A stretch of DNA of 50,303 nt. Origin: a virus. The notes under the pieces are model-generated. The model searched no databases. It was given only the letters and a program-made list of their open reading frames with translations, and was not told where the DNA came from. Positions 1-6,966 of this stretch are shown piece after piece. The number at the start of each line of letters is the position of its first letter. Within the stretch, counting starts at the first letter, position 1. The position numbers and the translations under genes were made by a program. The stretch covers positions 1 through 50,303 of IMG/VR virus record IMGVR_UViG_3300049182_000030; one strand, 5' to 3'.

Positions 1-127
1 AATCGACAGTACCGTACCGTCCATTATTGTGCGGGATAAATGCGCCCGACTTGATATAGCGTGCAAAAATAGGTGCGAATGCCATTATCTAATCCTCCCT
101 TTCAGCAGTACGGAATATCACAAATGG
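1..127. repeat. Terminal direct repeat identical to 50177..50303. It is an assembly overlap closing a circular or circularly permuted genome of 50176 unique bp.
   Basis: Bases 1..127 read identically at 50177..50303 (offset 50176). Bases 1..85 duplicate the 5' part of minus-strand CDS 50061..50261. Confidence 0.95.
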
Positions 128-179
128 ATGCCGCAAAAACATACGCAGCGGCGATAATGATCCACGGAATAGCGCGCAA
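102..179 (-). CDS. Possible 25-aa hydrophobic micropeptide (MRAIPWIIIAAAYVFAASICDIPYC, TTG start)
   Basis: GGGAGGG Shine-Dalgarno 6 nt upstream of TTG at 179. Sits between co-directional genes and is below the ORF-track size cutoff. Confidence 0.3.
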   Translation of the reverse strand: MRAIPWIIIAAAYVFAASICDIPYC

Positions 180-206
180 TATAATCCCTCCCAGGATTGA
201 TTGCGG

Positions 207-461
207 TTAGCGCCAGCCGATTAGGTCAGACTCGGTTACATGCGTGCATTCGTGACTGTTGTGAGACTTGACATAAAGAAGTGTCGGGGCGGACTTGTCA
301 AGATAGGGCCTAGTCCACGCGGACAGGACAGTAACGGGGTCACCGCTGCGCATGATGACATGGCCCTCAGTGGGGGTGTAGACAGTCGCGTAGGGCGAAG
401 AACCCGCGGGAAGATAGGTCAGCTCACGGCCGACCAGGGGGTGCGAAACTTCGGTGAACAC
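207..461 (-). CDS. Hypothetical protein (84 aa)
   Basis: ORF track. GTG start preceded by GGAGGAATT. Protein-like composition. Confidence 0.75.
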   Translation of the reverse strand: MFTEVSHPLVGRELTYLPAGSSPYATVYTPTEGHVIMRSGDPVTVLSAWTRPYLDKSAPTLLYVKSHNSHECTHVTESDLIGWR

Positions 462-540
462 AATTCCTCCAAATGATTAGGGTTAGCGCTAATAGCACTC
501 CGAACCCTAACGACATGAGCCGCTAGGGAACGGGGCGGCA

Positions 541-756
541 TTAGGGAAGTCGAGAATCTTCGCCCGTCAGCGTGTCAGAATCAATGTCCTCGCCGTCAAG
601 CCAGTCATAGAATCCGCAACGGTACTGGATCGGGTCAACTTCCCTAAGAATGCGCGAGGGCTGCAATCCGAAAAGTTCGGGATAGCACTCGTTTAGCATG
701 TCGTCGTAGCGGTCCAGTGCATAGGTCAGCGTCACGCCGTTTTCCATGTCGAACAT
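541..756 (-). CDS. Hypothetical acidic protein (71 aa)
   Basis: ORF track. TAATG overlap with the upstream gene stop. Confidence 0.8.
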   Translation of the reverse strand: MFDMENGVTLTYALDRYDDMLNECYPELFGLQPSRILREVDPIQYRCGFYDWLDGEDIDSDTLTGEDSRLP

Positions 757-890
757 TATCGGTTCCCCTCATTCTTGATTGCGGCGAGCTTCGCAGCCCG
801 CGCGTTACGGCGGTTAGTAGTGCGCTCTTTGCGCTTGGATTCTGCCGCACGGTACGTCTCGCGGCGCGTAGGGCTGTAATGCTTGGTCAT
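756..890 (-). CDS. Hypothetical highly basic protein (44 aa, MTKHYSPTRRETYRAAESKRKERTTNRR...)
   Basis: Hand-translated. ATG at 890 lies 3 nt after the upstream stop, and its own stop overlaps the next ATG (TAATG). Confidence 0.5.
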   Translation of the reverse strand: MTKHYSPTRRETYRAAESKRKERTTNRRNARAAKLAAIKNEGNR

Positions 891-892
891 GG

Positions 893-1108
893 TTAGTTGT
901 CCTTCCCAGTGGGGGTGTTAGGCAGAATGGTCGAATACGTGCAAGCGGGGCCGGTTGAGGGCCGGTGATGCCACTTCCCGCGCATGAGCTTAAACGTGCC
1001 GGTATAGCCGCAAACGGGACAGTACGCGGCGCGCGTGCCCGCTTGATATTCAGTGAATCGGCGGGCATTGATAGCGTGAGAGCTAGCCGGGTGCGGATAG
1101 GTTGCCAT
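893..1108 (-). CDS. Hypothetical protein with CxxC motif (71 aa, start MATYPH)
   Basis: ORF track 893..1126. The internal ATG at 1108 follows GAAGGGAAG and avoids overlap with the upstream gene ending at 1113. Confidence 0.7.
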   Translation of the reverse strand: MATYPHPASSHAINARRFTEYQAGTRAAYCPVCGYTGTFKLMRGKWHHRPSTGPACTYSTILPNTPTGKDN

Positions 1109-1112
1109 TGTG

Positions 1113-1271
1113 CTACTTCCCTTCATCGGTAATGCGGGCGTGGATCATGCGGAACTTAACGCGGTTCCCATAGGTGAGAGGGTAACCGGACGATTCCAGC
1201 AACCCCAGGGCGGTATCGGCGTCGATCCCGATACGGGCGGCATCCCGGGCCAGTGTTTCGAGAGTGTCCAT
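1113..1271 (-). CDS. Hypothetical protein (52 aa, MDTLETLARDAARIGIDADTALGLLESSGYPLTYGNRVKF...)
   Basis: Hand-translated. TAATG start/stop overlap with the upstream gene. Protein-like composition. Confidence 0.55.
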   Translation of the reverse strand: MDTLETLARDAARIGIDADTALGLLESSGYPLTYGNRVKFRMIHARITDEGK

Positions 1272-1438
1272 TAGAGCACGCATCCGGACGACGGCTCACA
1301 ATGAGTGACGACGGCTCCGGGGTAGGCGTGGGCGATAGCGGCACGGGCGGCATCCGCCGACTCCCAGTGCCCGCATACGTCGATCCAGTCGGCGCGCACG
1401 TCGGCGGGCTGGACAATGGCGCGGTAGTGCTTTCCCAT
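1271..1438 (-). CDS. Hypothetical protein (55 aa, MGKHYRAIVQPADVRADWIDVCGHWESADAARAAIAHAYPG...)
   Basis: Hand-translated. AGGAG upstream and a TAATG overlap with the upstream stop. Confidence 0.55.
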   Translation of the reverse strand: MGKHYRAIVQPADVRADWIDVCGHWESADAARAAIAHAYPGAVVTHCEPSSGCVL

Positions 1439-1584
1439 TAGATAGCTCCTGTCAGGAACGCCCGGTGCTCATGCTCTACCGTGACGTAGGCGGCGAACAT
1501 GCGGCCAGGGCAATAGGTGGCATGTGCGAGGGTGTGCATAGCGGGCGACTGCGCCCCGCATGATTGGCACGTGTAGGTGGACAT
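1438..1584 (-). CDS. Hypothetical Cys-containing miniprotein (48 aa, MSTYTCQSCGAQSPAMHTLAHATYCPG...)
   Basis: Hand-translated. ATG lies 1 nt after the upstream stop (TGACTAATG). CxxC...H...C pattern. Confidence 0.5.
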   Translation of the reverse strand: MSTYTCQSCGAQSPAMHTLAHATYCPGRMFAAYVTVEHEHRAFLTGAI

Positions 1585-1587
1585 TAG

Positions 1588-1710
1588 TCAGCCCCCACAG
1601 TGAGGATCGTTGCAACGGCACGTCTCGTCGCAGCCGCACCATGCAAGCTTCTGCAAGCAATAGGGGCAATGCGTGAGGGGCACGTTTGCGTGGTAGGTGT
1701 AATCGCTCAT
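1588..1710 (-). CDS. Hypothetical Cys-rich miniprotein (40 aa, MSDYTYHANVPLTHCPYCLQKLAWCGCDETCRCNDPHCGG)
   Basis: Hand-translated. First gene of a leftward chain. ATG lies 6 nt after a TAGTCT -10 box, so it is a leaderless candidate. Confidence 0.5.
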   Translation of the reverse strand: MSDYTYHANVPLTHCPYCLQKLAWCGCDETCRCNDPHCGG

Positions 1711-1716
1711 GGTGCA

Positions 1717-1745
1717 AGACTAGCGGCGCGCGCATGGCAATACAA
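1717..1745 (-). promoter_or_regulatory. Candidate leftward promoter: TTGTAT, 17-nt spacer, TAGTCT, then 6 nt to ATG 1710 (leaderless)
   Basis: Minus strand reads TTGTAT (1745..1740), a 17-nt spacer, then TAGTCT (1722..1717). Confidence 0.45.
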
Positions 1746-1762
1746 GCAGGCATTACAATACT

Positions 1763-1798
1763 GTGAGAACCTACAAGCCGGCGTGGTGAGAACCTACA
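1763..1798. repeat. Two direct copies of GTGAGAACCTACA (1763..1775 and 1786..1798)
   Basis: Exact 13-mer repeated with a 23-bp period in the divergent intergenic region. Confidence 0.9.
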
Positions 1799-1869
1799 TA
1801 TCGATAGTCGATAGCTCCTCGCAAGGATGTTTCGTGTCTCTCGCACCCGCGCCCCCCGAACCCCCACAC

Positions 1870-1887
1870 TATGCAAGCGCTTGCAGT
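1870..1887. promoter_or_regulatory. Operator-like site TATGCAAGCGCTTGCAGT containing the perfect 14-bp palindrome TGCAAGCGCTTGCA
   Basis: Palindrome at 1872..1885. An identical 18-mer recurs exactly 100 bp downstream. Confidence 0.6.
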
Positions 1888-1969
1888 CAACCCTATGCGG
1901 CATGTTCCCAGTATTGACGGGGCCTCACTACTACCAGTGGCACCCCATACATGACGTTCATTCACGTAT

Positions 1970-1987
1970 TATGCAAGCGCTTGCAGT
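1970..1987. promoter_or_regulatory. Second copy of the operator-like site TATGCAAGCGCTTGCAGT
   Basis: Palindrome at 1972..1985, identical to 1872..1885. Confidence 0.6.
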
Positions 1988-2318
1988 ACATACCCCAGTA
2001 CGGGGGGGTATACAGTGTGCCCATGGCGTGCTATGAGCTGCACAGTGGCGGGGTCGAGGGGTCGGCACCGTAAAAGTGAAACATATTCAGGCCCACAGAT
2101 AGGGCGATGCGTCAAGGGGGTTGACAATACGGGGGCGCATGGTGTAAGGGGCTGCACTGGTGAGCTTCGGCAGAGGGTCGACGCAATAGTGAGCAATCCA
2201 CACGTAGCAGCACCGGGGGCAGGGGCATAGGTGAGCAGGGCTCGCATAATCGTTTGGGGGCGAAAGGTAACGGATTGTGAGGGAAACTCACGGTGGAGGG
2301 GCGGGGGGCGTATCGCGC

Positions 2319-2423
2319 ACCCGTTTTGTCTACTGGCCCTACTAGTTTTTTGGCGTACCCGTTTTGTCGCGGGGCCTTACTGCAATTTTTTTGATCCGTT
2401 TTTCGTCACGCGGGGCCTTGACT
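2319..2423. repeat. Three imperfect tandem repeats of about 38 bp (ACCCGTTTTGTC...GGCCTTAC/GAC...T-tract) ending at the -35 of the rightward promoter
   Basis: ACCCGTTTTGTC at 2319..2330 and 2357..2368, with a degenerate CCGTTTTTCGTC near 2396. CGCGGGGCCTT at 2368..2378 and 2409..2419. Confidence 0.75.
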
Positions 2424-2446
2424 TGCTGCGCGGCGAGGGGTAGGCT
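2418..2446 (+). promoter_or_regulatory. Candidate rightward promoter: TTGACT, 17-nt spacer, TAGGCT
   Basis: TTGACT at 2418..2423, 17-nt spacer, TAGGCT at 2441..2446, about 40 nt upstream of the first rightward gene. Confidence 0.55.
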
Positions 2447-2487
2447 GTGGTTGTTGCCGCAGGGTGCGGTGACGGGGAGGAGGCAAA

Positions 2488-2667
2488 GTGAAGTTCTTGG
2501 CATGGGCACTGAATGCCTTGATCGTGCTGGGGTTCGTGGCGGTGTTGGCCCTGTTTGTGGCTGCGATTTGGACGTATGAGCACCGCTTTGGTGAGACGGG
2601 GATAGTGGTCATGTTTAGCCTGTTTGGCTTGATCCTTGCTCGGGTTTGGGTGGGTGAGAAGCGATGA
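2488..2667 (+). CDS. Small 2-TM membrane protein (59 aa, GTG start)
   Basis: GGAGGAGG Shine-Dalgarno. Two hydrophobic segments. Stop overlaps the next start (ATGA). Confidence 0.55.
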   Translation: MKFLAWALNALIVLGFVAVLALFVAAIWTYEHRFGETGIVVMFSLFGLILARVWVGEKR

Positions 2668-3035
2668 CCGACATGCGGAAAGTAAGGGTGTCCCTGGTGG
2701 ATGCCGATGGCAAGACGCATGAGGTGGTGGGATACCGTCGAAACGATGAGCAGCCGGTGGTTTTTATGGAAGTGGATTCGGAGGCCGGGATCAATAAATC
2801 AGCGTGTATCGCCTGGATTGGCGATTCAGATGTAACGGTGACCCCCATCGTGGAGTTGCCGACTGGCCTTGGAGCGGTTGTGGAGGTACTGTACGGGCCT
2901 CCGACTAACGACTCGGACCAGTATGTGCACGTGGGTCATGGTAAGTGGGTGCCGCAACACCGGTTGTTGGAGCCGGTTAGTGGAAAGTGGTTCAAGGAGC
3001 GCCGATTCACCGTGCTGTCGGAGGGCGTGAAGTGA
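2664..3035 (+). CDS. Hypothetical protein (123 aa)
   Basis: ORF track. Coupled start. Confidence 0.8.
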   Translation: MTDMRKVRVSLVDADGKTHEVVGYRRNDEQPVVFMEVDSEAGINKSACIAWIGDSDVTVTPIVELPTGLGAVVEVLYGPPTNDSDQYVHVGHGKWVPQHRLLEPVSGKWFKERRFTVLSEGVK

Positions 3036-3172
3036 CCCTGTTCAGACTTGAGGATTTCTCGACCAGGAGCGAGGCGGAGGAGTACGTGGATAATTGGTTG
3101 TTTTGGCACCCGCTCGGCCAGGGGCGTGTGGTTGCTGCTGGTAGCGGGTTTGCGGTGGAGGTGATGAGGTGA
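3032..3172 (+). CDS. Hypothetical protein (46 aa, GTG start)
   Basis: Tail of ORF track 2987..3172. GTGA overlap with the upstream stop. Confidence 0.55.
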   Translation: MTLFRLEDFSTRSEAEEYVDNWLFWHPLGQGRVVAAGSGFAVEVMR

Positions 3173-3432
3173 CCGAGTACACGCCGAGCACGGATCACGT
3201 CAGGAACGTCTATGACCTTGCTCGACTTCGGTGGGATGGCGAAAAAGATGGCGACTTGGAGTTCGACCGCTGGCTGGGCGAGGAGTTGGCGAAGGCGCAC
3301 AGTGAGGGCTACCTGCTGGGGAAGTGCCACGGCTGGGATGAGGGCTTCGATGCCGGTGAGCGTGATGTGATGCGGCATGGGACGTGGGACGAGCCGTGCA
3401 TTGAGAACCCCTACCGGGAGGCGGAGAAGTGA
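3169..3432 (+). CDS. Hypothetical protein (87 aa)
   Basis: ORF track. GTGA overlap with the upstream stop. Confidence 0.8.
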   Translation: MTEYTPSTDHVRNVYDLARLRWDGEKDGDLEFDRWLGEELAKAHSEGYLLGKCHGWDEGFDAGERDVMRHGTWDEPCIENPYREAEK

Positions 3433-3635
3433 GTGACAAGGAGTTCACCCTTCAGCAGATGATCGAGACGGCGGGCATTGCCTACGATTTGGGGATGCGG
3501 GACATGTTGAACCGGGTTGTGCGGGAGCACCAAGACAGCCTGTTGGCGGGCGACAATGGTGGCGTGGCACTGACCGGCTTTAGTGCTCGTTTGAATGCGT
3601 TGGGCAAGGCGCTGGATAAGGAGGCGGAGCGGTGA
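3429..3635 (+). CDS. Hypothetical protein (68 aa)
   Basis: ORF track. GTGA overlap with the upstream stop. Confidence 0.8.
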   Translation: MSDKEFTLQQMIETAGIAYDLGMRDMLNRVVREHQDSLLAGDNGGVALTGFSARLNALGKALDKEAER

Positions 3636-3868
3636 CGAAGTATCGGATTGTTGTACGGGATAATGGCCCCAGTCCACTGAAAAAAGACCCGTTGCGCTAC
3701 ATGGCGAAGATTCAGGTAAAAGCTCTGTTTGGCTGGACGGACTTCCCAGGCATGCGCGCCCAGTCGTCAACAGAAGATGGGGCAATCGAGGCGGTTAGGG
3801 CCGGATGGCAAAGGGCGAACACGCCAAGCCCGCCACCTCGTATCATTCCGTTCGATGGGAGGGTTTAA
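3632..3868 (+). CDS. Hypothetical protein (78 aa, begins MTKYRIVVRDNGP)
   Basis: ORF track. Appears to be a paralog of the next gene. Confidence 0.8.
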   Translation: MTKYRIVVRDNGPSPLKKDPLRYMAKIQVKALFGWTDFPGMRAQSSTEDGAIEAVRAGWQRANTPSPPPRIIPFDGRV

Positions 3869-3870
3869 TC

Positions 3871-4104
3871 ATGACGAAATATCGGATTGTTGCGCGCCGT
3901 AGCGGTGACCCCGTGATTGGGTATTCGTGGTTTGCGAGAGTGCAGAGGTGGCGTTGGTGGTGGGGTTGGGAGTCGATCCCGAATAGCGTGGTGTGGCGCA
4001 CGACCTTGGTAGACGCCGCCGAGGATTGTGCCGCCAGATTTGAGGCCCAGCATGGTATTCAATTTGCCGAGGTGGACTTCCGCGACATTACGGTGCTAGG
4101 CTGA
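3871..4104 (+). CDS. Hypothetical protein (77 aa, begins MTKYRIVARRSGDP), tandem paralog of 3632..3868
   Basis: Internal ATG of ORF track 3805..4104, 2 nt after the upstream stop. Shares the MTKYRIV N-terminus. Confidence 0.75.
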   Translation: MTKYRIVARRSGDPVIGYSWFARVQRWRWWWGWESIPNSVVWRTTLVDAAEDCAARFEAQHGIQFAEVDFRDITVLG

Positions 4105-4108
4105 GCGC

Positions 4109-4348
4109 ATGAACCTGTTCTACAACGATGGCTTTGACCCCGAGGGTGCGGTCGAGCTGGTGATTGACCACATTGACGGTGCGGGCAAGAATGGCGTGTT
4201 CCGGCTGGTGGTGAGGCATTCGGATGGTGCGCTGGAGGAGCCGGTGTTCTTCGAGTGCGATCCGACTGACGTGTTGGACATTATTGATTCGGCGTTCCAG
4301 GCTCGGGAGGCGCTGCGAGAGTTTGCGGAGGTGGTTGAGGGTGAGTGA
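4109..4348 (+). CDS. Hypothetical acidic protein (79 aa)
   Basis: ORF track. Confidence 0.8.
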   Translation: MNLFYNDGFDPEGAVELVIDHIDGAGKNGVFRLVVRHSDGALEEPVFFECDPTDVLDIIDSAFQAREALREFAEVVEGE

Positions 4349-4553
4349 CCGTATTGAGGTGTCGTTGTCGCGGGCTGACCGTGAACTGCTGAAGCGCATC
4401 GCAAATGCACTGGAGGCGTTGAGTTCCGATAAGTCCGAGGGGCCGAAGCGGCTGGTGGAGGGTTCCACGGCGGAGCACTTGGATTATTTGCGGCGGGATT
4501 ATGCACCCTACTGGGGTGATGAGCCCTCGCGTGGCAACCCGGAGACTGACTGA
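4341..4553 (+). CDS. Hypothetical protein (70 aa, GTG start, VSDRIEV...)
   Basis: C-terminal part of ORF track 4224..4553. The upstream part is Arg-rich overlap with the previous gene. Confidence 0.6.
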   Translation: MSDRIEVSLSRADRELLKRIANALEALSSDKSEGPKRLVEGSTAEHLDYLRRDYAPYWGDEPSRGNPETD

Positions 4554-4720
4554 TGGACGAACCGAAGTGGGATGTGCTGGTGTCTGACGCGGATTGCGAT
4601 TGCTGCTCGTACATTTGCGTGGGAAGTTTTGCGTCGGAGGCTGAGGCGAAGGAGTGGGTGGCGTCGAGGCCGAATCCTGGGAATTACGCGATTGACCATT
4701 GGGATGACGAGGGAGCATGA
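4553..4720 (+). CDS. Hypothetical Cys-containing protein (55 aa, MDEPKWDVLVSDADCDCCSYICVG...)
   Basis: Hand-translated. TGATG overlap with the upstream stop. Confidence 0.55.
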   Translation: MDEPKWDVLVSDADCDCCSYICVGSFASEAEAKEWVASRPNPGNYAIDHWDDEGA

Positions 4721-4754
4721 TAGCCTGATACTCCTATCCAGGGGTGGACAGGTG

Positions 4755-4792
4755 GCCCCCGCTAGTGCATGTTGCTGGCGGGGGTTTTCTTT
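4755..4792 (+). terminator. Candidate rho-independent terminator
   Basis: GCCCCCGCTAG...CTGGCGGGGG stem followed by TTTTCTTT. Confidence 0.55.
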
Positions 4793-4798
4793 GCCCGC

Positions 4799-4807
4799 TG
4801 GTAGACT
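4799..4807 (+). promoter_or_regulatory. Extended -10 element TGGTAGACT, 7 nt upstream of the terS ATG (leaderless candidate)
   Basis: TGG then TAGACT at 4802..4807. No Shine-Dalgarno before ATG 4815. Confidence 0.4.
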
Positions 4808-4814
4808 GGCCCAC

Positions 4815-5336
4815 ATGGGTAAGGACTTGCACAAGGGGCTCTCGTTCCGCGACCAGCGCATTCTGGACATGGCCTCAAGGGGGGCTACGGCGGAGCAGAT
4901 CGCTGACACGTTGAGTGTGCCCCCGGCGCGTATTGTGCAGGAGATGGATCGGCTCACCAAGAACGTTGACTGGATGAGCGACTTGCAGAAGTACAAGTTG
5001 CAGATGCACAACCTATGGCGGCTGATGGGGTCGTTGCAGGAGCAGGCGGAGTCGGGCCATGATTCGAAGATTACTCAGCAGTACATTGAGGCGATGAAAA
5101 CGGCGTTCGACCAGTTGGAGAAGCGATCCGCCAAGGTTGATGCGGACATGGATCGGGTGAACGCGGCGCAGGCCCGAGTAATGCTCGACATTGTTGAGAA
5201 GTCGTTTTACGTGACGTTGGGGCGTTTGCAGGAGCGCTACCCGGAGATTGAGGCGTCCGAGGTGGAGGGGATGTTCCAGGAGAGCATTCTGGGGGTTGCT
5301 GCGGAGATTGACAAGGAACGCGAGGAAGATCGGTAG
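4815..5336 (+). CDS. terS: Terminase small subunit candidate with N-terminal HTH (173 aa)
   Basis: Sits immediately upstream of terL and overlaps it. Sigma-70 r4/LuxR-like HTH (LSFRDQRILDMASRGATAEQIADTLSVPPARIV). Coiled-coil C-terminus. Confidence 0.7.
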   Translation: MGKDLHKGLSFRDQRILDMASRGATAEQIADTLSVPPARIVQEMDRLTKNVDWMSDLQKYKLQMHNLWRLMGSLQEQAESGHDSKITQQYIEAMKTAFDQLEKRSAKVDADMDRVNAAQARVMLDIVEKSFYVTLGRLQERYPEIEASEVEGMFQESILGVAAEIDKEREEDR

Positions 5337-6946
5337 TGGCGTACTCTGACGTTGCCGAGATTGTTGCGGGGAAACTTCAGCAGAGGCTCAAGGCGGAACG
5401 CTACGCCAACGACCCGGTTGCGTGGGCGCAGGAGTACCTGGGTGTGCAGGTGTGGAGCAAGCAGAAGGAAATCCTGTACTCCATCCGGGACAACCGTGCA
5501 ACGGCGGTAGCGGCGGGTCACGGTGTTGGCAAGTCGTTCATTGCGGCTTTGGCGTGCTGCTGGTGGATCGACACGCACCCGCTGGATGATGTGTTCGTGG
5601 CCTCGACTGCCCCGACCGTGGACCAGGTGAGTGCGATCCTGTGGACGAACATCAAGAAGTTCCACGAGCTTGCCGCTAGGCGGTTCAAGGAGGGCCTGGT
5701 TGACCACCCTCTCCCCGGATACGTTACGAACGATAACAAGTGGAAGACCGATACGGGCGTCCTGATCGGCCAGGGTCGCAAGCCGCCTACTGAGTTGTCG
5801 GATGTTGCGTTCCAGGGTGTGCACGCCACCTACCTGCTTGCTATTGGTGATGAGGCGGTGGGTTTGAATGCGGGCATGATTGGTGCGCTGGCGAACATTG
5901 CCACAGGTAAGAAGAACCGGCAGTTGCTCATTGCGAACCCTACTGACCCGTCGTGCGAGATGGCGAAGATTTGGGCGAAGAAGTTGGACGGCTGGACGCG
6001 GATGCACATTAGTGTGTTCGATTCGCCGCTGGTTACGAACGAGAAAGGCTTCGACGTTGAGGCCGCTCAGGGTATGTCTGGGTGGGACTACATTAACGAG
6101 CGTCGGGACGAGTGGGGTGAGGACGATCCCCGCTACATTGCCCGCGTTTTGGGCCAGTGGGCGTTCGAGGCTGGGAACAGCGTGTTCACGGAGCAGGAGA
6201 TTGCGTCGGCTGTGAACTGTGTCGTGGTGCCCGACCCGGATGAGCCGATCCACCTGGGGTGCGATATTGCGTTCAGCCTGGACGGTGACTTCACGAGCGT
6301 GTATGAGCGGCGCGTGGGGGAGGTGTGGGAAACCGACGATGAGACGGGCAAGCCCACAAAGCCCACCGGTAAGCAGGGTATGCGTATACGCATAGTAGAC
6401 AAGTGGAAGGGTGCTCCGCTGTCGGGGGATCAGCCGGACAACCCCGCGTCGGATACGCGCATCAGGAACATTGCTACGGGTATTGGTGCGCAGGTGGTGA
6501 AGATCGACGGTGCGGGTGTCGGTCAGGGCGTGATTCAGCCGTTGGCGTCCCAGCAGTTGACGTTCGACCTGTACTCGATTTTGGGTAGCACTCCGGCGTA
6601 CAAGGCTGGCGCGTATGTGAACTCGCGTGCGGAGGCGTTCTTCGACATGAAGTTGGCTATGCGGCAGGGCGTCCTGGATTTGGACGGCGCGGATGAGGAA
6701 ATGCTGGATCAGTTGCGGGGGTTGCAGTTCAGCCAAGACCCTCGCGAGCGGATGAAGATTCAGTCGAAGTCGGAAATGCGCAAAGAGGGCAAGAAGTCGC
6801 CAGACTTTGCCGACGCTGTGTGGTATGCCTTCTACGACCCGGAGCCGAGGGATGATGGCACGCTGAAGCCGGGCACGGTTATTGCGTATGAGTACGAGGA
6901 CGTGATTGAGGATATGTGGATGGACGCCAGGGGTTTGCCCGTATAA
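5336..6946 (+). CDS. terL: Terminase large subunit (536 aa)
   Basis: Walker A (AAGHGVGKS) and Walker B-like (LLAIGDEA) motifs, a C-terminal nuclease-type region, and position before the portal. Confidence 0.92.
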   Translation: MAYSDVAEIVAGKLQQRLKAERYANDPVAWAQEYLGVQVWSKQKEILYSIRDNRATAVAAGHGVGKSFIAALACCWWIDTHPLDDVFVASTAPTVDQVSAILWTNIKKFHELAARRFKEGLVDHPLPGYVTNDNKWKTDTGVLIGQGRKPPTELSDVAFQGVHATYLLAIGDEAVGLNAGMIGALANIATGKKNRQLLIANPTDPSCEMAKIWAKKLDGWTRMHISVFDSPLVTNEKGFDVEAAQGMSGWDYINERRDEWGEDDPRYIARVLGQWAFEAGNSVFTEQEIASAVNCVVVPDPDEPIHLGCDIAFSLDGDFTSVYERRVGEVWETDDETGKPTKPTGKQGMRIRIVDKWKGAPLSGDQPDNPASDTRIRNIATGIGAQVVKIDGAGVGQGVIQPLASQQLTFDLYSILGSTPAYKAGAYVNSRAEAFFDMKLAMRQGVLDLDGADEEMLDQLRGLQFSQDPRERMKIQSKSEMRKEGKKSPDFADAVWYAFYDPEPRDDGTLKPGTVIAYEYEDVIEDMWMDARGLPV

Positions 6947-6966
6947 GCGCCTGATAAACTTGGCTT

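Noticed and set aside
420-543. 40-aa TAATG-coupled ORF (MPPRSLAAHVVRVRS...) running through hairpin 477..510 into gene 207..461
   Set aside because: It overlaps the start of the next gene by about 45 nt, has a poor composition, and its sequence is better explained as an intergenic hairpin.
1469-2443. ORFs 1469..1903, 1600..1917, 1771..1965, 1827..2036, 1969..2247, 2015..2230 and 2231..2443 in the divergent control region
   Set aside because: Arg/Cys/His-rich translations with no start signals. They overlap the better-supported coupled micro-genes (1438..1710) or the operator and repeat region.
4572-4814. N-terminal 81-aa extension of the terS ORF
   Set aside because: The extension is Arg/Trp/Cys-rich junk. 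It overlaps gene 4553..4720 and runs through terminator 4755..4792. ATG 4815 is the sensible start.
5237-6736. 499-aa ORF antisense to the large terminase gene
   Set aside because: Arg/Pro/His-rich low-complexity translation typical of the antisense frame of a GC-rich gene. No Shine-Dalgarno. Fully overlaps a gene with clear terminase motifs.
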